From: Chloroflexota bacterium | GTDB lineage: Bacteria > Chloroflexota > Limnocylindria > Limnocylindrales > CSP1-4 | NCBI GenBank assembly: GCA_003141955.1 | Contig: PLOC01000003.1 | Location: 462 to 64,461 of the forward strand | Direction of reading: 5' to 3' | DNA length: 64,000 nt | Shown here: piece after piece, positions 11,851-23,169 of the stretch | Numbering within the stretch: position 1 is the first letter of the stretch | Layout: each line of letters opens with the position of its first letter | Position numbers and translations under genes: made by a program | The notes under the pieces: generated by a model | Told to the model about the DNA's origin: nothing | Seen by the model: only the letters and a program-made list of their open reading frames with translations | Database searches by the model: none

Positions 11851-13842
11851 ATGGGGACCACGGACGACGGACCGGGCCGTTCGCCGACGGCGATATCGGG
11901 CCAGACTCAGGCGACGAGCGGCGCCGGGGCGGCCAGAGGGACCGGTGCTCGCGGCGCGGCCAACGGCGCTCGCGGCGCGGCCGGAGACTCCGCTGCCGAG
12001 CGCGGGCGGATCAACCACATGCCGGGCGCCGGAACGCCGCGCGCAGAGGCGATTAACGCCGGCCGGCGCGAGATGCTGACCGACAGCCACCGCCTCCACG
12101 TCAAGAGCCTGGCGGAGCGCGGCGCGAAGCGGCCTCGCATCGGCGCGGATGCGGTCTGCGAGGCCCTCCTCCGCCAGGGCGTGGAGGTCTTCTTCGGGTA
12201 TCCGGGCGGCGTCGTTTTGCCCTTCTACGACGTCCTCGGCGACTACCCGGAGCTGCGCCACATCCTCGTCCGTCACGAGCAGGGCGGCGCCCATGCCGCC
12301 GAGGGTTATGCCCGCGCGACGGGCAAGGTCGGCGTCTGCCTGGCCACGTCGGGCCCGGGCGCCACGAACCTGGTCACGGGCATCGGCAACGCCATGCTTG
12401 ACTCGGTCCCGATCGTGGCGATCACCGGCAACGTCGTCGGCTCGCTGCTCGGGAAGGACGCCTTCCAGGAGATCGACATCACGGGTATCACCCTGCCGTG
12501 CACCAAGCACAATTACCTGGTCCGCGATGCCAACGAGATTCCCCGCGTCTTTGCCGAAGCGTTCCACATCGCCCGCACCGGACGTCCGGGCCCGGTCCAC
12601 ATCGACCTGACCAAGGACGCCCTGATGGGGGAGTGCTCGGCGGAGCACCCGGACAGCGTGGACCTGCCCGGCTTCAAGCCCACCTTCGAGGGCCATCCCC
12701 GCCAGATCAGGCTGGCGGCCCAGGAGATCGCGAGGTCCGAACGCCCGGTCATCCTGGCCGGCCACGGAGTCCTGATCGCCGACGCCACCGAAGAGCTGCG
12801 CGAACTGGCCGAGAAGGCCCAGATCCCCGTCGCTCACACGCTCCTGGGCGTCAGCGCCATGGACGAGACGAACCCGCTCAGCCTGGGCTTCGTCGGCATG
12901 CACGGCTGGAAGCACGTCAACAAGACGATCCAGTCCGCGGACCTGCTGATCGCCCTGGGAATGCGGTTCGACGACCGCGTCACCGGCCACGTGCCCACCT
13001 TCGCGCCGTACGCCCGAATCGTCCATGTCGACATCGACCCGGCCGAAATCGGCAAGAACGTGGCCGTCGAGATCCCGATCGTGGGCGACATCAAGCGCGT
13101 CCTGGTGGCCCTCATCCCGCAGGTCGAGGCCGTGGCGCCGGAAGCGCGCGCCGCCTACCTCGCGGAGATCGCCGCCTGGCGGGCCGAATCGCAGAAGACG
13201 CCGTGGCACGGCTCGGGGGCGTGGCGCAATGGCCAGCTCTCGGCCGACTTCGTGGTCAGCCGCATAGGCGATGCCACGGGGCACGACGCGACCATCGTCG
13301 CCGACGTGGGCCAGAACCAGATGTGGACGGCCCGCTACGGCGGCTTCCGCCGTCCGAACAGCCACATCAGCTCCGGCGGGCTCGGGACGATGGGCTACGG
13401 CCTGCCGGCCGGAATGGGCGCCGCCGTGGGACGGCCCGACAAGGAAACGTGGTCCATCGTCGGCGACGGCGGCCTGCAGATGACCGTGCAGGAGCTGATG
13501 ACCCTGGTCCAGGAGCACATCCCGCTTCGGATCGCGTTGCTCAACAACCACAAGCTGGGCATGGTCCGGCAGTGGCAGGAACTCGTCTACGCGGGCAACT
13601 ACCATTCCTCGCATCTGCTCGGCCCTGACTGGTGCAAGCTGGCGGAGGCGTACGGCGTCGCCGCCTTCCGCGCCGACTCACCCGAGCAGGTCAACGGCGC
13701 GATCGCTTCGGCTCGCGCCGTTGACGGACCGGCGCTGATCGAGTTCTGCATCGCCCAGGAGCAGAACGTCTTCCCGATGATGCCGGCCGGCAAGGGCCTG
13801 TCGGATCTGCTCGAGGAACAGTTCGAGGAGCCCAACCAATGA
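11851..13842 (+). CDS. ilvB: Acetolactate synthase large subunit
   Basis: FGYPGG, RHEQG, TSGPGATN, DVGQNQMW, SGGLGTMGY, GDGG; low-complexity N-terminus, so the start may be later. Confidence 0.96.
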   Translation: MGTTDDGPGRSPTAISGQTQATSGAGAARGTGARGAANGARGAAGDSAAERGRINHMPGAGTPRAEAINAGRREMLTDSHRLHVKSLAERGAKRPRIGADAVCEALLRQGVEVFFGYPGGVVLPFYDVLGDYPELRHILVRHEQGGAHAAEGYARATGKVGVCLATSGPGATNLVTGIGNAMLDSVPIVAITGNVVGSLLGKDAFQEIDITGITLPCTKHNYLVRDANEIPRVFAEAFHIARTGRPGPVHIDLTKDALMGECSAEHPDSVDLPGFKPTFEGHPRQIRLAAQEIARSERPVILAGHGVLIADATEELRELAEKAQIPVAHTLLGVSAMDETNPLSLGFVGMHGWKHVNKTIQSADLLIALGMRFDDRVTGHVPTFAPYARIVHVDIDPAEIGKNVAVEIPIVGDIKRVLVALIPQVEAVAPEARAAYLAEIAAWRAESQKTPWHGSGAWRNGQLSADFVVSRIGDATGHDATIVADVGQNQMWTARYGGFRRPNSHISSGGLGTMGYGLPAGMGAAVGRPDKETWSIVGDGGLQMTVQELMTLVQEHIPLRIALLNNHKLGMVRQWQELVYAGNYHSSHLLGPDWCKLAEAYGVAAFRADSPEQVNGAIASARAVDGPALIEFCIAQEQNVFPMMPAGKGLSDLLEEQFEEPNQ

Positions 13843-14447
13843 GCCCCACCGGTTCGACCCCTGGTGGCAGCGCCGATCCGGCCCACCCGGCGCCGGCCCA
13901 CACCGCGCCGCCCGCGCGGGCTCTGCCCGGCCACGGCGAGGCGCACCGTCACGTCCTGGTCGCCATCGTCCTGAACAGGCCCGGCGTCCTCAACCGCGTC
14001 GCCAGCCTGATGCGGGCGCGCAACTTCAACATCGAGACCCTCGCGGTCAGTCACACTGACCAGCCGGAGGTCAGCCGCATGACGCTCACGCTGCGCGGAG
14101 ACGACATGGCGGTCGAACAGGCGGCCAAGCAGCTCTACCGGCTCATCGACGTGCTCAAGGTCCAGGACGTCACGAGCGATCCGACCGTCGAGCACGAGAT
14201 CGCGCTGATCAAGGTCCGCGCCGACGACCGCAATCGCGGCGAGGTGCTGACCATCGCGGACATGTACAAGGCCAAAGTCGTGGATCTTGCGGCCGAGTCG
14301 CTGATCGTGGAGGCGACCGGGACCGAGGCCGAGGTGGACGCGCTCATCGCGCTCCTCCGCGGGTTCGGGATCAAGGAGCTCGTCCGCTCGGGTACCGTCG
14401 TCATGTCCCGGGGTGCCGGGTCGATCGAGGAGGCAGTCAAGCGATGA
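13839..14447 (+). CDS. ilvN: Acetolactate synthase small subunit
   Basis: ACT motif [33 protein letters not shown]. Confidence 0.95.
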   Translation: MSPTGSTPGGSADPAHPAPAHTAPPARALPGHGEAHRHVLVAIVLNRPGVLNRVASLMRARNFNIETLAVSHTDQPEVSRMTLTLRGDDMAVEQAAKQLYRLIDVLKVQDVTSDPTVEHEIALIKVRADDRNRGEVLTIADMYKAKVVDLAAESLIVEATGTEAEVDALIALLRGFGIKELVRSGTVVMSRGAGSIEEAVKR

Positions 14448-15484
14448 CCGCGCGCATGTACTACGACAACGATGCAGATCCCAAAGCCCTCGCCGGCCAG
14501 AAGATCGCCATCATCGGCTACGGGAGCCAGGGCCACGCCCACGCCCAGAACCTGCACGACTCGGGCTACGACGTAACCGTCGTCGAGTCCAACCCCAAGG
14601 CCCGCGCCCTCGCCGAAGAGGCCCGTCTCAAGACGGCCGACATCGCGGACGCGGTCAAAGCCGCGGACGTGATCATGATCCTGGTCCCGGACACCATCCA
14701 GAAGAAGGTGTTCGAGACGTCGATCGAGCCGAACATGCACGCCGGCCAGCTGCTCATGTTCGCCCACGGCTTCAACATCCGCTTCGACCGAATCCGCCCG
14801 GGTGAGGGCATCGACGTCGGCATGGTGGCGCCCAAGGGCCCCGGCCACCTCGTCCGCTCCGTCTTCGAGCAGGGCGGCGGCGTGCCCGCTCTCTTCGCCG
14901 TGGAGAAGGACGCGACCGGCACCGCGCGTGCCCGCACCCTTGCATATGCGCGCGGCATCGGCGCAACCCGAGCCGGCGTTCTCGAGACAACGTTCAAGGA
15001 AGAGACCGAGACGGACCTCTTCGGCGAGCAGGTCGTGCTGTGCGGCGGCGTCACGAGCCTGATCAAGAACGGCTTCGAGACCCTGGTCGAGGCGGGCTAC
15101 CAGCCGGAGCTGGCCTACTTTGAGGTCATGCACGAGCTCAAGCTCATCGTCGACCTGATGTACCGCGGCGGCATGAACTTCATGCGCTTCTCGGTCAGCG
15201 ACACGGCCGAGTACGGCGACTACGTGTCGGGCCCGCGGATCATCGACGCCCGCGTGCGCGCGGAGATGAAGAAGGTCCTCGGCGAGATCCAGGACGGCAC
15301 CTTCGCGGCGGCATGGATCGCCGAGAACGAGGCCGGCCTGCCGAAGTTCAAGAAGATGCGCGAAGCCGGTCGCGACCACCAGGTCGAGCAGGTCGGCGCC
15401 CGCCTGCGCAAGGCGATGCCCTTCCTCAATCCCGTGGAAGTCGTCGACGGCCAGCCGCAGGCTTCGGCAAAGTCCAAGGACTGA
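14444..15484 (+). CDS. ilvC: Ketol-acid reductoisomerase
   Basis: [34 protein letters not shown]. Confidence 0.98.
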   Translation: MTARMYYDNDADPKALAGQKIAIIGYGSQGHAHAQNLHDSGYDVTVVESNPKARALAEEARLKTADIADAVKAADVIMILVPDTIQKKVFETSIEPNMHAGQLLMFAHGFNIRFDRIRPGEGIDVGMVAPKGPGHLVRSVFEQGGGVPALFAVEKDATGTARARTLAYARGIGATRAGVLETTFKEETETDLFGEQVVLCGGVTSLIKNGFETLVEAGYQPELAYFEVMHELKLIVDLMYRGGMNFMRFSVSDTAEYGDYVSGPRIIDARVRAEMKKVLGEIQDGTFAAAWIAENEAGLPKFKKMREAGRDHQVEQVGARLRKAMPFLNPVEVVDGQPQASAKSKD

Positions 15485-15528
15485 TCGCACCATCGGTCGG
15501 GGAGTCCCCCGGGTCCGTTCGCATCTCT

Positions 15529-15564
15529 GACACGACGCCGGCGGCGCGAGCCGCCGGCGGTGTC
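15529..15564 (+). other. Intra-operon GNRA-capped hairpin (mRNA stabiliser or partial terminator)
   Basis: cgccggcggc-GCGA-gccgccggcg extended by gacac/gtgtc, between ilvC and leuB. Confidence 0.55.
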
Positions 15565-15587
15565 TCCGAACTAATGGAGAAGCTCCC

Positions 15588-16879
15588 GTGACAACGCCAG
15601 GCCAGCCGCTGGATTCAGTCGCCGCTGCGGCGAGCCGAGGCCAAGGTGGATCGAGCACTGAAGGCGAGCGCACTTCGAACGTGCGTGAGCCGAGGAGCGC
15701 AGATCCAACGCCGGCATCGGCCGACCCAGGGGCGACGTATCGCCTCGTCGTCGTTCCCGGTGATGGGATCGGCCCGGAGGTGATTGCGGGCGGCCGGCGC
15801 GTGCTCGAGGCCGCCGGTCGGCTCTTCGGTTTCGGCTTCGAGTGGCAGAAGGTGCTGATCGGCGGCGTGGCCATCGACGCCTACGGCATGCCGCTGCGCG
15901 ACGAGGACATGGCCGCGTGCGCCGCCGCGGACGCCGTCTACTTCGGCGCGATCGGCGATCCCCGGTACGACGATCCAAAGGCGAAGGTCCGGCCGGAACA
16001 GGCGCTGCTAGCCCTGCGCAAGGGCCTCGGTCTGTACGCCAACCTTCGGCCGGTCACTGTCCAGCCGGTGCTGCGCGGCAGTTCGCCGGTCCGCGAGTCG
16101 CTGCTCGAAGGCGTCGACATGCTGATCGTGCGCGAGCTGACCGGCGGGCTCTACTTCGGCAAGCCGTCGGGGCAGAGCGACGGGCCCAACGGCCGCGAGG
16201 TCGTGGACACGCTTTTCTACACGGAAGGCGAGATCCGCCGCGTCGTGAAGCTGGCCTTCGAGCTGGCCCGCGGGCGCCGCAAGAAGCTGACCAGCGTCGA
16301 CAAGGCAAACGTGCTGTCGTCCTCCCGGCTGTGGCGGACGATCGTGGAAGAAGTCAAGCCCGAGTACCCCGACATCACGGTCGAGCACCGGCTGGTGGAC
16401 GCCTGCGCCATGACGTTGATCCAGCGGCCCGCCGTCTTCGACGTCATCGTCACGGAGAACCTCTTCGGCGACATCCTCTCGGACGAGGCCAGCGTTCTGG
16501 CCGGTTCGTTGGGGATGCTGCCGTCCGCGTCCATCTGCGAGCGGCGGACCGCCTACGGCCTTCACGGCCTGTACGAGCCGATCCACGGCTCCGCTCCGGA
16601 CATCGCCGGCAAGGACGTCGCCAATCCCCTCGCCACGATTCTCTCCGGCGCGATGATGCTGCGCTGGTCGCTGGGCCAGCCGGCCGCCGCCGAGGCCATC
16701 GAGAAGGCCGTGGCCGACGCGCTGGCCGGCGGCTACCGCACGCCGGATCTCGTCGCCGCCACGGGCGAGCAGCCAGGCGACAAGAAGGTCGGAACTCAGG
16801 CCATGGCCGACGCAGTCGTCGCCGCGCTCGAGGCGGGCGCCGTCTCGGCTGCCGGCGCCGGAACAAAGGGGGCCGCCCA

Positions 16880-16883
<4 letters not shown>
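15588..16883 (+). CDS. leuB: 3-isopropylmalate dehydrogenase
   Basis: [52 protein letters not shown]. Confidence 0.97.
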
Positions 16884-18547
<1,664 letters not shown>

Positions 18548-18562
18548 CCGGAGGAGGGTTCG

Positions 18563-19459
18563 ATGGCATCGCCAGCGTCCGGAGTTCGATCGGCGCCGGA
18601 GCCGCCCGAAGCCTCGCCGCGCGTCGCGTTCCAGGGAGAGCCCGGCGCCTTCTCGGAGGACGGCGTCCTTTCGGCGTTCCCGGCTCCGGAGGCCGTGGCG
18701 ATGCCGACGTGGCGGGCCGTCTTCGAGGCCGTGCACGAGGGATCGGTCGATGCCGGCGTCGTCCCAATCGAGCGGTCGGCCGGCGGCAGCGTGCGCGAGA
18801 TCTACGACCTGCTCTTCAAGTTCGACGAGATCCGGATCGCGGCCGAGGTGACGGTGCCGGTCCGGCTGGCCCTGCTGGCCCTGCCGGGCCAGACGCTCGA
18901 CCAGATCGAGCGCGTGTACAGCATCGCCCAGGCGCTGGACCAGGCCGACGAGTTCCTGCGCTCCCGGCCGTGGCAGGTCATGACCAGCTACAACACCGCC
19001 GGCGCAGCCAAGTCCATCGCCGAGAAGCGCGAGATGGGCGGAGCCGCCGTGGCCTCCGCTCGGGTCGCCCCGTTGTACGGCCTGGAGGTGCTCGCCGCCG
19101 ACATCCAGACCGGCGACGCGAACCGGACTCGCTTCGCCGTCGTCGCGCGCGATCCACTACCTGATTCGTGGTTCGTCCCGGCGGCGCTGGCGGGCCCGCT
19201 GAAGACGACCCTGGTCTGGGCGGTCCGCAACGTCCCGGGCAGCCTGTATCGATGCCTCGGCTGCTTCGCCGAGCGCAGGATCAACCTGTCGCGCCTGGAG
19301 TCCCGACCCAGCCGGGGCGTGCGCTGGGAATACGTCTTCTGGGCGGATATGGACGCGGACCCCGAGTCGCCGGACTGCGCCGCGGCGCTCGCGTCCCTGC
19401 TGCGCGAGGCCGTGATGGTCCGGGTGGCGGGGGTCTACCACCGAGCCGCCGAAGACTAG
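18563..19459 (+). CDS. pheA: Prephenate dehydratase
   Basis: FQGEPGAFSE, VVPIE, NRTRF, INLSRLESRP. Confidence 0.9.
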   Translation: MASPASGVRSAPEPPEASPRVAFQGEPGAFSEDGVLSAFPAPEAVAMPTWRAVFEAVHEGSVDAGVVPIERSAGGSVREIYDLLFKFDEIRIAAEVTVPVRLALLALPGQTLDQIERVYSIAQALDQADEFLRSRPWQVMTSYNTAGAAKSIAEKREMGGAAVASARVAPLYGLEVLAADIQTGDANRTRFAVVARDPLPDSWFVPAALAGPLKTTLVWAVRNVPGSLYRCLGCFAERRINLSRLESRPSRGVRWEYVFWADMDADPESPDCAAALASLLREAVMVRVAGVYHRAAED

Positions 19460-19498
19460 CTGGGCCCAGGCCCGGCGCGCCGCGGGCCCTCGCCCGAG

Positions 19499-20227
19499 CT
19501 ATCGAGATCCGGCGGCTCTGTTCGCGCGGTCGCGCCGGCGGCGCTGCAGCGTGAAGATGTGGCGCACGATTCTGTCCTGCGCCCCTTCTGAGATCGACGT
19601 GAAGCGCATCGCGACCAGCGTCGTGGGGCCGACTCCGGGGCGCGGCAGCCTGGGTCTGCCGCCCGGTCCGAGCTCCGTCATCTCCTCGATGCGTATCACT
19701 TCGGCTTCCGCGGTGACGGCGCCGGGTCCGAGCGCGACGCGGATCTCGAGCTCGTCGCCCGCGGCGACCATCGCCTCGCCCGGTTGAACGACGAACTGGA
19801 TCCCGCCCGCGCTGATGTTGCGCGTCGTCCCCTTGCCGGTCAGGCCTGCGCTCCCGCTGTCGCTCTGGTTGGTGACCGTGTATGCGACCGGACACTGGGC
19901 GTCCAGACGGAGGTGATCTCGCCGCCGGACAAGTTGGAAGTCGCTCGGCCATTCGATCGAGAACAACCGCGAGCGGCTTGCGCCGAGGTGGCTCAGGAAA
20001 GTTGAGGCCGCCACCATCGCCGCCCCCTCGCGCCTGAAGGTCAAGTGCAGCGGTTGGTCCGGCCGCAGCCCCTGCAGGCCGGGATCCGGTCGAACCAGGC
20101 CCAGCCAGAGGCTCGTCGGCATCACGTTGACGACGACCGCGCGCAGGCCAACCACCTTCCCGTCGATTTCGGCCTCGACGAGAACTGGGTCGTGAACGGC
20201 CGGCTGTCCGTTTGTTTCGATCATCAT
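19499..20227 (-). CDS. PilZ-domain (YcgR-like) c-di-GMP receptor
   Basis: RRRDHLR (RxxxR) and NISAGG motifs after an N-terminal beta-rich domain. Confidence 0.85.
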   Translation of the reverse strand: MMIETNGQPAVHDPVLVEAEIDGKVVGLRAVVVNVMPTSLWLGLVRPDPGLQGLRPDQPLHLTFRREGAAMVAASTFLSHLGASRSRLFSIEWPSDFQLVRRRDHLRLDAQCPVAYTVTNQSDSGSAGLTGKGTTRNISAGGIQFVVQPGEAMVAAGDELEIRVALGPGAVTAEAEVIRIEEMTELGPGGRPRLPRPGVGPTTLVAMRFTSISEGAQDRIVRHIFTLQRRRRDRANRAAGSR

Positions 20228-20370
20228 CTCCGCGACCGCTCGTTCGGACGCGCAATGCTGGGATGGCGTGAACGCGCCGGTCCGGCGCCGGTAGCTCGCA
20301 GGTCGCAGGGCACGGACGACCTGACCGGAGGCAGTGGCCGCCGGGCCGAGGATACAGCCTGTCGGACTAA

Positions 20371-20398
20371 GAATCGGCCTCGGCGCCGGACGGCTTGA
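20371..20398 (-). promoter_or_regulatory. Putative sigma-28 (FliA/WhiG)-type promoter of the PilZ gene
   Basis: Minus strand reads TCAAG-N15-GCCGATTC. Confidence 0.5.
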
Positions 20399-20774
20399 GA
20401 AGTCGGGCTTTCGGGGCCCGGCGGGCGCTCGAACCGGGTGTCCAACGTCATTCGGCCCCCGGCCCGGTACCCCTTTGGTCCGGTTCCTGCGCCCGCTTGT
20501 TGCATGAGCCCGAGCAGGACCGCCCGCCAGCCGATGGTCCGGGTGCGGGCCGGCAACGTAATCGGCGATTCACCTACTTAACTTGAGGTGACCAACGTAC
20601 CAGCAGTGCAAACCCGGAGGTCCGGTTGTGAGGTCCTCATTTCGGGGGTTTCATGGCCCCATCGCGTAGGGCCTACTCGGGGGAGCGGTGCCCAAGAGCA
20701 CCTTCGCGGTGGCCCTCGCCGCCCGGCCGACCGGATGTACCGGCCACCGGCCGTGACACGAAGGAAAATGGCGT

Positions 20775-21377
20775 ATGGAAAGCACGAAGGAGACCCACCG
20801 GCGCCGCAGGCGAGGCCTGCTCGCCCTGCTGATGGCAGGGACCGCACTCATCAGCGCCACTGGCGCAACCATGTCGCTGGCTCTGTTCACCGACAGCGTC
20901 TCCGCCAACGCCAACACGTTCACCACCGGTACGATCCACATCGGGATCAACCCGACGGCGACCATCCTGAGCGACGTAACGATGATGCCGGGCGACACCG
21001 TCAACGGGTCCGTCGTCATCACCAACACCGGAACCGCGCAGATGCGCTACGCCGTCTCCGGCTCCGCCACGAACACGGACGGCAAGGGCCTGGCCTCGCA
21101 GATCACGCTCACCATCCGCCAGCCGGATACCGCCGGCGGCACGACCTGCACCAACTTCACGGGCGTGCAGCTGTTCACAGGCGTGGTCCCGTACGCCGAA
21201 GGCAACCTGATCGGAACCTTCGCGACCCACCCGAACGGCGGCCGCACGTTGGGCGCGGGCCTCTTTGAGACCCTCTGCTTCCGGGCGGCGCTTCCGCTCT
21301 TGACACCGAACGCCTACGAGGGTGCATCGACCACGATGACCTTCACCTTCTATGCCGAGCAGACGGCGAACAACTAG
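20775..21377 (+). CDS. TasA/camelysin-family fibre subunit with SipW-type signal peptide
   Basis: Basic-hydrophobic leader, then [29 protein letters not shown]-terminal TFTFYAEQ. Confidence 0.85.
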   Translation: MESTKETHRRRRRGLLALLMAGTALISATGATMSLALFTDSVSANANTFTTGTIHIGINPTATILSDVTMMPGDTVNGSVVITNTGTAQMRYAVSGSATNTDGKGLASQITLTIRQPDTAGGTTCTNFTGVQLFTGVVPYAEGNLIGTFATHPNGGRTLGAGLFETLCFRAALPLLTPNAYEGASTTMTFTFYAEQTANN

Positions 21378-21467
21378 TAGCGCTTCGGCTGCACCGACGC
21401 CGGCCGTGACTCGTCTTGACGGGTCACGGCCGGCGGTTCGGCACTCTGGAAGGACAAGCAGGGACCC

Positions 21468-22049
21468 ATGAGCACAGCACTGCGAGTGACGCGCTGGCTG
21501 CTCGATCTGGCCCTCATGGTGCTCGTGTTGTCGGTCCTCTCCCTCGTTCTTGCCGCCAACATCGGCCCCGGCGTCGGCCATCAACTGGTCGTCATCCGGG
21601 GCTCCTCGATGTCGCCGGCAATCCCGCTGGGAGCCGTCGTAGACATCACTCGCGTCCAGCCGCAAGACCTCAAGGTCGGCGACGTGGTCACCGTGAAGTC
21701 GCCAGGGGGCACGGTGTACACCCACCGCATCGACCGGATCGTCTCCCTGCCGGACGGGCTGTACATCGAAACCCAGGGCGACGCGGTTGGTCACCCCGAC
21801 ACGCCGCTCCAGCCGGTATCCGAAGTCGTCGGGCGGGTCACGTTCTCCCTGCCGTTCCTGGGGTTCCTGCTGTACATGCTGACCATCCCGACCGGCGTAC
21901 TAGCGATCTTCTCACTGGCCCTCACCATGCTGCTGTGCATCTGGCTGCTGGAGGACCTGGAGCAGCACGCCGTCAGGGTGGAACAGGAACCGTACGAGTG
22001 CGAGCTGGCGAGGACCCTGGACGCGTTGCGGATGGGGAGGCTCGGATGA
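21468..22049 (+). CDS. sipW: Signal peptidase I, SipW/S26B type
   Basis: [24 protein letters not shown] (Ser-His type), flanking TM helices. Confidence 0.88.
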   Translation: MSTALRVTRWLLDLALMVLVLSVLSLVLAANIGPGVGHQLVVIRGSSMSPAIPLGAVVDITRVQPQDLKVGDVVTVKSPGGTVYTHRIDRIVSLPDGLYIETQGDAVGHPDTPLQPVSEVVGRVTFSLPFLGFLLYMLTIPTGVLAIFSLALTMLLCIWLLEDLEQHAVRVEQEPYECELARTLDALRMGRLG

Positions 22050-22513
22050 GCCTGCGTCGGCTGCGTGTCGCCCTCATGCTGGTGCTGGTCCCGGCGACGC
22101 TCTTCGCGCAGTCGGGAACCAGCCTCGCCCTGTTCACCGAAGCCAAGGCTGCTGCCGCCAACACCTTCAGGACGGGCATCTGGGGCCCCAACGTGACGTT
22201 CGCCAGCAAGGCCGCGCCCAGCGGCGACGGCTACCTGTATGACACGATCAGCGGGACGGGCTTCCTGCCCGGCCTGAAGATCGTCATCATCGCCTACGAG
22301 TTCGGCACCGGCGGCTGGATCCCTCTCGGTGACTATGGCCTGAACCCGACCTCTGCCGCGGACGGGTCGTTTACCACCTCGTTCGAGGAGAACTGCATAG
22401 ACGGGGCCGGTGTCCAGCAGACGACCGATCTGCCGGTGACCGTCACGGCGACGGACGGCACGAACACCGCGACCGATGGCGGCACCATCGTCTGCAGCCT
22501 GTATGGACACTAG
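22046..22513 (+). CDS. SipW-dependent secreted protein, paralog 1
   Basis: [19 protein letters not shown] signal motif; ATGA overlap with sipW. Confidence 0.8.
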   Translation: MSLRRLRVALMLVLVPATLFAQSGTSLALFTEAKAAAANTFRTGIWGPNVTFASKAAPSGDGYLYDTISGTGFLPGLKIVIIAYEFGTGGWIPLGDYGLNPTSAADGSFTTSFEENCIDGAGVQQTTDLPVTVTATDGTNTATDGGTIVCSLYGH

Positions 22514-22552
22514 CAGGACCCTGGACGCATTGCGGATGCGCGAGAGGCTCGG

Positions 22553-23038
22553 ATGAGCGTGCGTCGCCTTCGCGCTCCTCTCGTCCTGACGCTCGCACTT
22601 GCGACGCTGCTGGCCCAGGCCGGATCCAGCCTGGCCCTGTTCACTGATTCGAAGGCCGCCGGCGCCAACACCTTCACGACGGGCACCTGGGGCGGACCCA
22701 CGGTAGCGTTCACCAGCTTCTACTCTGGCGGCGGCAGCCCGTACGGGTCGCAGTACAGCCTCACGGACACGATCAGCGGGGCGGGCTTCCTCCCCGGCCT
22801 CAAGCTCGTTATTGTCACCTACGAGTTCGGCACCAAGGTCCCGATCGCTCTTGGTGACTATGGTCTGAACCCGACCTCTCAAGCGGACGGGACGTTCACC
22901 ATCAGTTTCGTGGAGAACTGTGTCGACGGGGCTGGTATCCAGCAGAACACCGATCTGCCGGTGACCGTCACGGCGACGGACGGCACGAACAACGCGATCG
23001 GTGGGGGCACCATCGTATGCAGCAAGTGGACGTCGTAG
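22553..23038 (+). CDS. SipW-dependent secreted protein, paralog 2
   Basis: [19 protein letters not shown] motif; highly similar to paralog 1. Confidence 0.8.
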   Translation: MSVRRLRAPLVLTLALATLLAQAGSSLALFTDSKAAGANTFTTGTWGGPTVAFTSFYSGGGSPYGSQYSLTDTISGAGFLPGLKLVIVTYEFGTKVPIALGDYGLNPTSQADGTFTISFVENCVDGAGIQQNTDLPVTVTATDGTNNAIGGGTIVCSKWTS

Positions 23039-23169
23039 TTCCTGTGCAGCCGCCCGTAGTCCGATAACAGGAAGGGTGACCCCTTCGGCCCTTGAGGTCG
23101 CCAGGCTGGACGTCCGCTGGGCGAATCGGTTGTAGGTAATCCATCCCGCGTGCGCGGTCGCAAAGTGAG

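Larger units (their letters stand above)
22011..23038 (+). repeat. Diverged tandem duplication (~500 bp units)
   Basis: aggaccctggacgc.ttgcggatg..gaggctcggatgagc occurs at 22011 and 22515, each followed by a paralogous CDS. Confidence 0.85.

Noticed and set aside
11674..13614. Long antisense ORFs here and opposite other core genes
   Set aside because: Shadow ORFs expected in high-GC coding DNA; no recognisable motifs
15842..16879. 901-aa ORF read as an N-terminally extended CimA
   Set aside because: The extension is an off-frame overlap with leuB; the real start is ATG 16880
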